DNA of 63,577 nt, the filler included, from Licmophora abbreviata (Eukaryota), in assembly GCA_900291995.1 (NCBI GenBank). It is 8 parts of 8 records of this genome, joined end to end, with 100 filler letters (N's around TTAATTAATTAA, not from the genome) between each part and the next. Parts side by side here need not be neighbours in the genome. Positions count along the whole stretch, not along the records: positions 56,953 to 59,794 come from OLMU01003719.1; positions 59,895 to 63,577 come from OLMU01003721.1; 6 more parts are not named here. The stretch is one strand, 5' to 3'. The notes beneath the pieces were generated by a model, which searched no databases, was not told the DNA's origin, and saw only the letters and a program-made list of their open reading frames with translations. The translations under genes were made by a program, and so were the position numbers. This document shows positions 59,732-63,577 of the stretch, piece after piece. Numbering within the stretch: the first letter of the stretch is position 1; every line of letters starts with the position of its first letter.

Positions 59732-59794
59732 GTACCTTACTCTTGCTCTTTTGTACCTTACTCTTGCTCTTTTGTACCTTACTCTTGCTCTTTT
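59732..59794. repeat. 21-bp tandem repeat GTACCTTACTCTTGCTCTTTT x3, running into the gap
   Basis: Three perfect copies at 59732, 59753 and 59774. Confidence 0.95.
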
Positions 59795-59894
59795 NNNNNN
59801 NNNNNNNNNNNNNNNNNNNNNNNNNNNNNNNNNNNNNNTTAATTAATTAANNNNNNNNNNNNNNNNNNNNNNNNNNNNNNNNNNNNNNNNNNNN
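59795..59894. other. Artificial contig linker
   Basis: N44-TTAATTAATTAA-N44. Confidence 0.98.
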
Positions 59895-61146
59895 CCTTGT
59901 ACTCCCTGCTGGAAAGCGCTCTGCAGGACGAAGACATCAGCACGGAAGGCTTGGCAAACGATCGTACCAGCTACAAGTACAAGGCTTACCAGTGGCTTGC
60001 CAGGAATGAGGCGCGCAATACCTACGGAAGTGCGCAGCTCTTGCAGCGTTTCTCTCTGGCGTGTCTCTACTTTGCCACCAACCAGGTTGCTACAGTCTAT
60101 GCTACCGAACCGAGTCCATGGCTGTCCGAAACAGACTGGATGACGGATTTTCACGAGTGTCAATGGCAAGGCATTCAGTGTAGTACAAGCCTTCGCGTCT
60201 CTGCAATTGAATTAGAACAGAACAGTCTCTCTGGATCACTGCCCGAAGAGCTAGTCTTGCTCCGCGAGACGCTCACGACCATTGACTTGACCACCAACAC
60301 GATCTACATGGAATCCACCGATATGGACTTCTTTGGCAAGCTCACCATGCTGGAAACTATGCTCCTGGACGACAACTATATGAGCACTACGGACGGTCTT
60401 CCCAGCTCTCTAGCATCGTTGACGGCCCTGGAGAAACTCCGCTTGAGCTACAATCTCCTAGGAGGGAGCTTGGATGGAAGCATATTTGCCAACCTACAGG
60501 CATTGAGTAAGTAGTCTTTACTTCCTTCACGGATCCTATGTCAGCGACTCTTTCTTATTTACAGACCTGCAACCGAATCTCACAATAAATTCCTTCGTCT
60601 CATTCTCTACTCGCAGCTCACTTGGAGGTCGAGTCAAATTTTCTCTCTGGTGCGCTTCCCACGGAACTTGGAAGCTTGCCAAACCTCGTCTACATGTACA
60701 TGCGGCGCAATTCCTTCACCGGGAACCTCGACTTTCTCATGCAGGGCGGGCTGCCAGAGCTCTTTGCTCTTTGGTTGGACGCCAACGAAAACTTGTCTGG
60801 TAATATTCCTACTGAAATCGGGTTGGCGCAGGAACTCGCTTCCCTCAGTCTCACCAACAACACATTGAGTGGTCCGATTCCCAGTGAAATCGGCAGTATT
60901 GCCGGACTACGTAGACTCTGGCTCTATGGCAATGCACTCACGGGCAACGTCCCGACAGAGCTGGCCAAACTGGCATCTTTGGAAATCTTTGAGATACAAG
61001 AAAATGACATGATTGGTGAGATGCCGCAGGGTGTGTGTACCAACGTATTGGGGGCTGCGTACGAGCGCAAGTCCTTGTCGGCCGATTGCAACGAAGTTCT
61101 GTGCGACTGCTGCACGGAATGTCCCGATCAAAATGAAGAAGAGTAA
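59895..61146 (+). CDS. Diatom-type LRR protein (5' partial)
   Basis: KAYQWL / QRFSLAC.YFAT cap, LRRs and ADCNEVLCDCCTEC end. Intron 60507-60616. Confidence 0.88.
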
Positions 61147-61324
61147 TTAGAGCATTCTGAATTGATTGATTCGTGCCCGGGGAGTGGACGAGAGCGAAAC
61201 AGAGAGAAACTACATATAATATGAATGAAATGTTCGCACTTCATGTTTGGTACGAGCGCCCTGGGAGTATAGTGATCTACGTCTGGTAGCTTGGTAACTA
61301 ATTGCACCAAAACAGTCGTTACGT

Positions 61325-63097
61325 TCAAGGCGCCGCCTTGGATGAATCTAGTAGAACACGTTGCAAGTGGGGATGTCGTATCAGTCGCCCTGTCATGATG
61401 ACATTGAGGCCCGTTAGTGCAAACAAGAATCCATGAAACATGAGTGTCATGACTCGAGCACTGCCCGGAACCATTGTCCGTTCCATTTGCTGTAGCCAGT
61501 CGTGGGACTCGTACACGGCAGAATACCATACGACGAAGGAAAACACAAAGAATCGCGTGTATCTAGCGGAGATAGAGATGAAACGAGTCCATGTGAGCCA
61601 TTCTTCCATGATCTGACGTATGTATCTGGGACACTGCATTTTCACTTACATGAAGACAGGGACAACGATCCCACGATGAATCCAGGCAATCAGCTGCGGC
61701 TGTCGCAGAACGCTATCGTTGGGAGCATTCATGCAGACTTGTAGGAAGTGAACAAACAAGGAAGATGTGTCAAGAGCGAAAATACCAATGGCTCCCAGTC
61801 TCCTCAAACTGGAGAACAGGTAGCAGCCACCGATCAATCCCAGTGCGAGTAAATGTTGCAAGAGCGCACGCCAGTAGGACAACATACTTTTGCGCATCGA
61901 CACGAGCGTCGACCCTTCTCCCTTATAAACCCAAAGCACACCCATGGATAGCATATGGGTTGCCCAGCTATGGAGGTGGTAGGACGCTTGGACCAAAAAG
62001 TAAAGGCGCAGGACAGCATTGCGATGGTCAAAGTCTGTGTCATCCAAATCTTCAAAAGCCACGCCTCCTTTTAGATCCCAACAGTTCTGTGTATGCCCGT
62101 GTCCTCCCACTGCAGGAGGCCAAAAGTTGGCCTTTCTGAACCACACAATGGCACATGCACAACTGCCAAGGCAATACAGGAGCCGAAAGACGGCTGTTGC
62201 ATAGCGTGGCGCAGCAAACAAGCGATCCGTGTCTTGCAGCTCTTCCCCATCGTACGGTGCTCTGGCCTCGAGCCCTAATACACGACGTGATGCTCTCCTG
62301 CAGGTTGACCAGATGGCAAGAAGTCTACTCCACATCCTTGCAAGATGGATTTGCCACCACGCTGCCTGTGGTTCTGCGGACGATTCTGAATGTTGATGCG
62401 ATTGGTCGAGCTCTGGCATCAACAAATCTTCGTCCAACAAGAGGGGAGAAGGTGGCACTTTGGAGGTATCCAATGCCTCTCCACTGAAGTTTCCAGACGA
62501 TCGCGGGGTCATAGTTTTGGGATAAGCGGAGCTGAGCAGATGGACAGACTTGCACCGTACCAGGGCCTGGAACCGCTGAGGACTGGCGAGATAGCGGGGA
62601 ACCAGCAAGTGTACACAGAGTAGTCTCAGGAGCGCCAAGGAAAGGCTCAGGAGCGCCACGGCACCGACGTCTGTCCACTCGGCGTCAGGGGCTAGAGCCG
62701 ACACGTCAGTGGTAGGTCGAGGACACCACCAGTCCCATCCTTGCTTGCAGAGGGCGATGCGAGTGGAATGATAGGATTGTTGACACCACCATTTCAAGGA
62801 AGTCCAGAGACTCTGCGTGTCGTTGAACTGTAAGATGACGCCAATTAGAGTCGGAACTCCTATGCAAAGGCCATAGAGCACAATTCCATCTCGTAGTGCT
62901 ATCAAGGAGGAATTCTTCTCGGGGTAACGACCGCCAGCACTGGCAGTCGGCGAAGCACTGCTTGTTGTCTTCGAAACAAGTTGCTCTTTTTTCTTTTTTG
63001 AGTTTTTCTTTTCTTTTTCGTCCCGCTGCTTTTTCATGGCAATCGCCACTGCAACATCGTTGAACGAATGATTTCGAGGAAGATGTGAAGCCGGCAT
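61325..63097 (-). CDS. TLC-domain (TRAM/LAG1/CLN8) ceramide-synthase-like membrane protein
   Basis: YFLVQASYH, ALLQHLL...YLFS..RRLG.IG.FALDTS, F.YTR and multiple TMs. Intron 61563-61649. Confidence 0.78.
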
Positions 63098-63577
63098 GAT
63101 GTACGCAAGAACAGCAGCAACATGGGAAGTTCACTGTACATAACATCAACAGCACCCGTCACCCGTCCGTCTCGTTGTGAGTTCGACTTCTGTTCGAAAT
63201 CTGGGGTCACGGGTCTGTACTGGTACGGTTGGTGGATTCCGGGTTCTGTGATCTAGAGTTCGTGACATGATTATTAATGACTCGACTCTCACTCATCCAC
63301 GACTCACTCATCATGGGGCGTACCTTGCCGATCTGTGCCCCGACGGCCCGATCCATACAAGCCTCCACAACAAGCCTCCACAGCGTGGCTAAGGCCGAGT
63401 CCATGACTAATTTGGTAGAACCTTGTACCTAGAGCATTCTTGCTATCAGTACCGAGCATCCAGACAAGAGACGAAGCACACAGGGTTGCGTTTTAAACGT
63501 CTAGATCTGTCTACGTAGGTTAGAGTGCCTAGGTCATTGCTGGCTAACCGCCGGAAGTCTCTTGTTGTGCTTCTTTT

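Noticed and set aside
59732..59794. 21-bp repeats as a CRISPR array
   Set aside because: Head-to-tail copies with no spacers, eukaryotic context and no cas genes.
63100..63577. Short ORF and small ACAAGCCTCCACA duplication at the window end
   Set aside because: No coding signature or recognisable element; treated as intergenic or promoter sequence.

Overview
This is eukaryotic nuclear DNA, almost certainly from a diatom or close photosynthetic stramenopile. Evidence: short GT-AG introns, bipartite signal+'AF' plastid presequences, a mitochondrial ornithine transcarbamylase and diatom-type LRR membrane proteins. Seven artificial 100-nt linkers (N44-TTAATTAATTAA-N44) join contigs. About 27 genes are supportable: plastid IF2, a KNL1/Spc105-like kinetochore scaffold, an MFS transporter, an intronless membrane-bound NRPS-like enzyme, a plastid parvulin-MiaB fusion, a SHAQK-type Myb, several low-complexity unknowns, a run of mitochondrial genes (OTC, Nudix CoA hydrolase, pyruvate carboxylase, COX7a-like, OGDH E2), ELP3, UBE2S, a TPT/NST transporter, an organelle-targeted MIF, RNASEH2C, four LRR membrane paralogs and a TLC/ceramide-synthase-like gene. 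The best candidate for a new system is the NRPS-like enzyme at 12115-16983. It has an adenylation domain, a carrier domain and three transmembrane/left-handed beta-helix modules, as in epsilon-poly-L-lysine synthetase, but its A domain looks built for carboxylic acids rather than amino acids. Other highlights are the parvulin-MiaB fusion, two small spliced genes missed by the ORF track, symmetric phase-1 LRR exon modules, a structured long intron in UBE2S, and several probable assembly frameshifts. All family calls come from motif recognition by eye; no searches were run.
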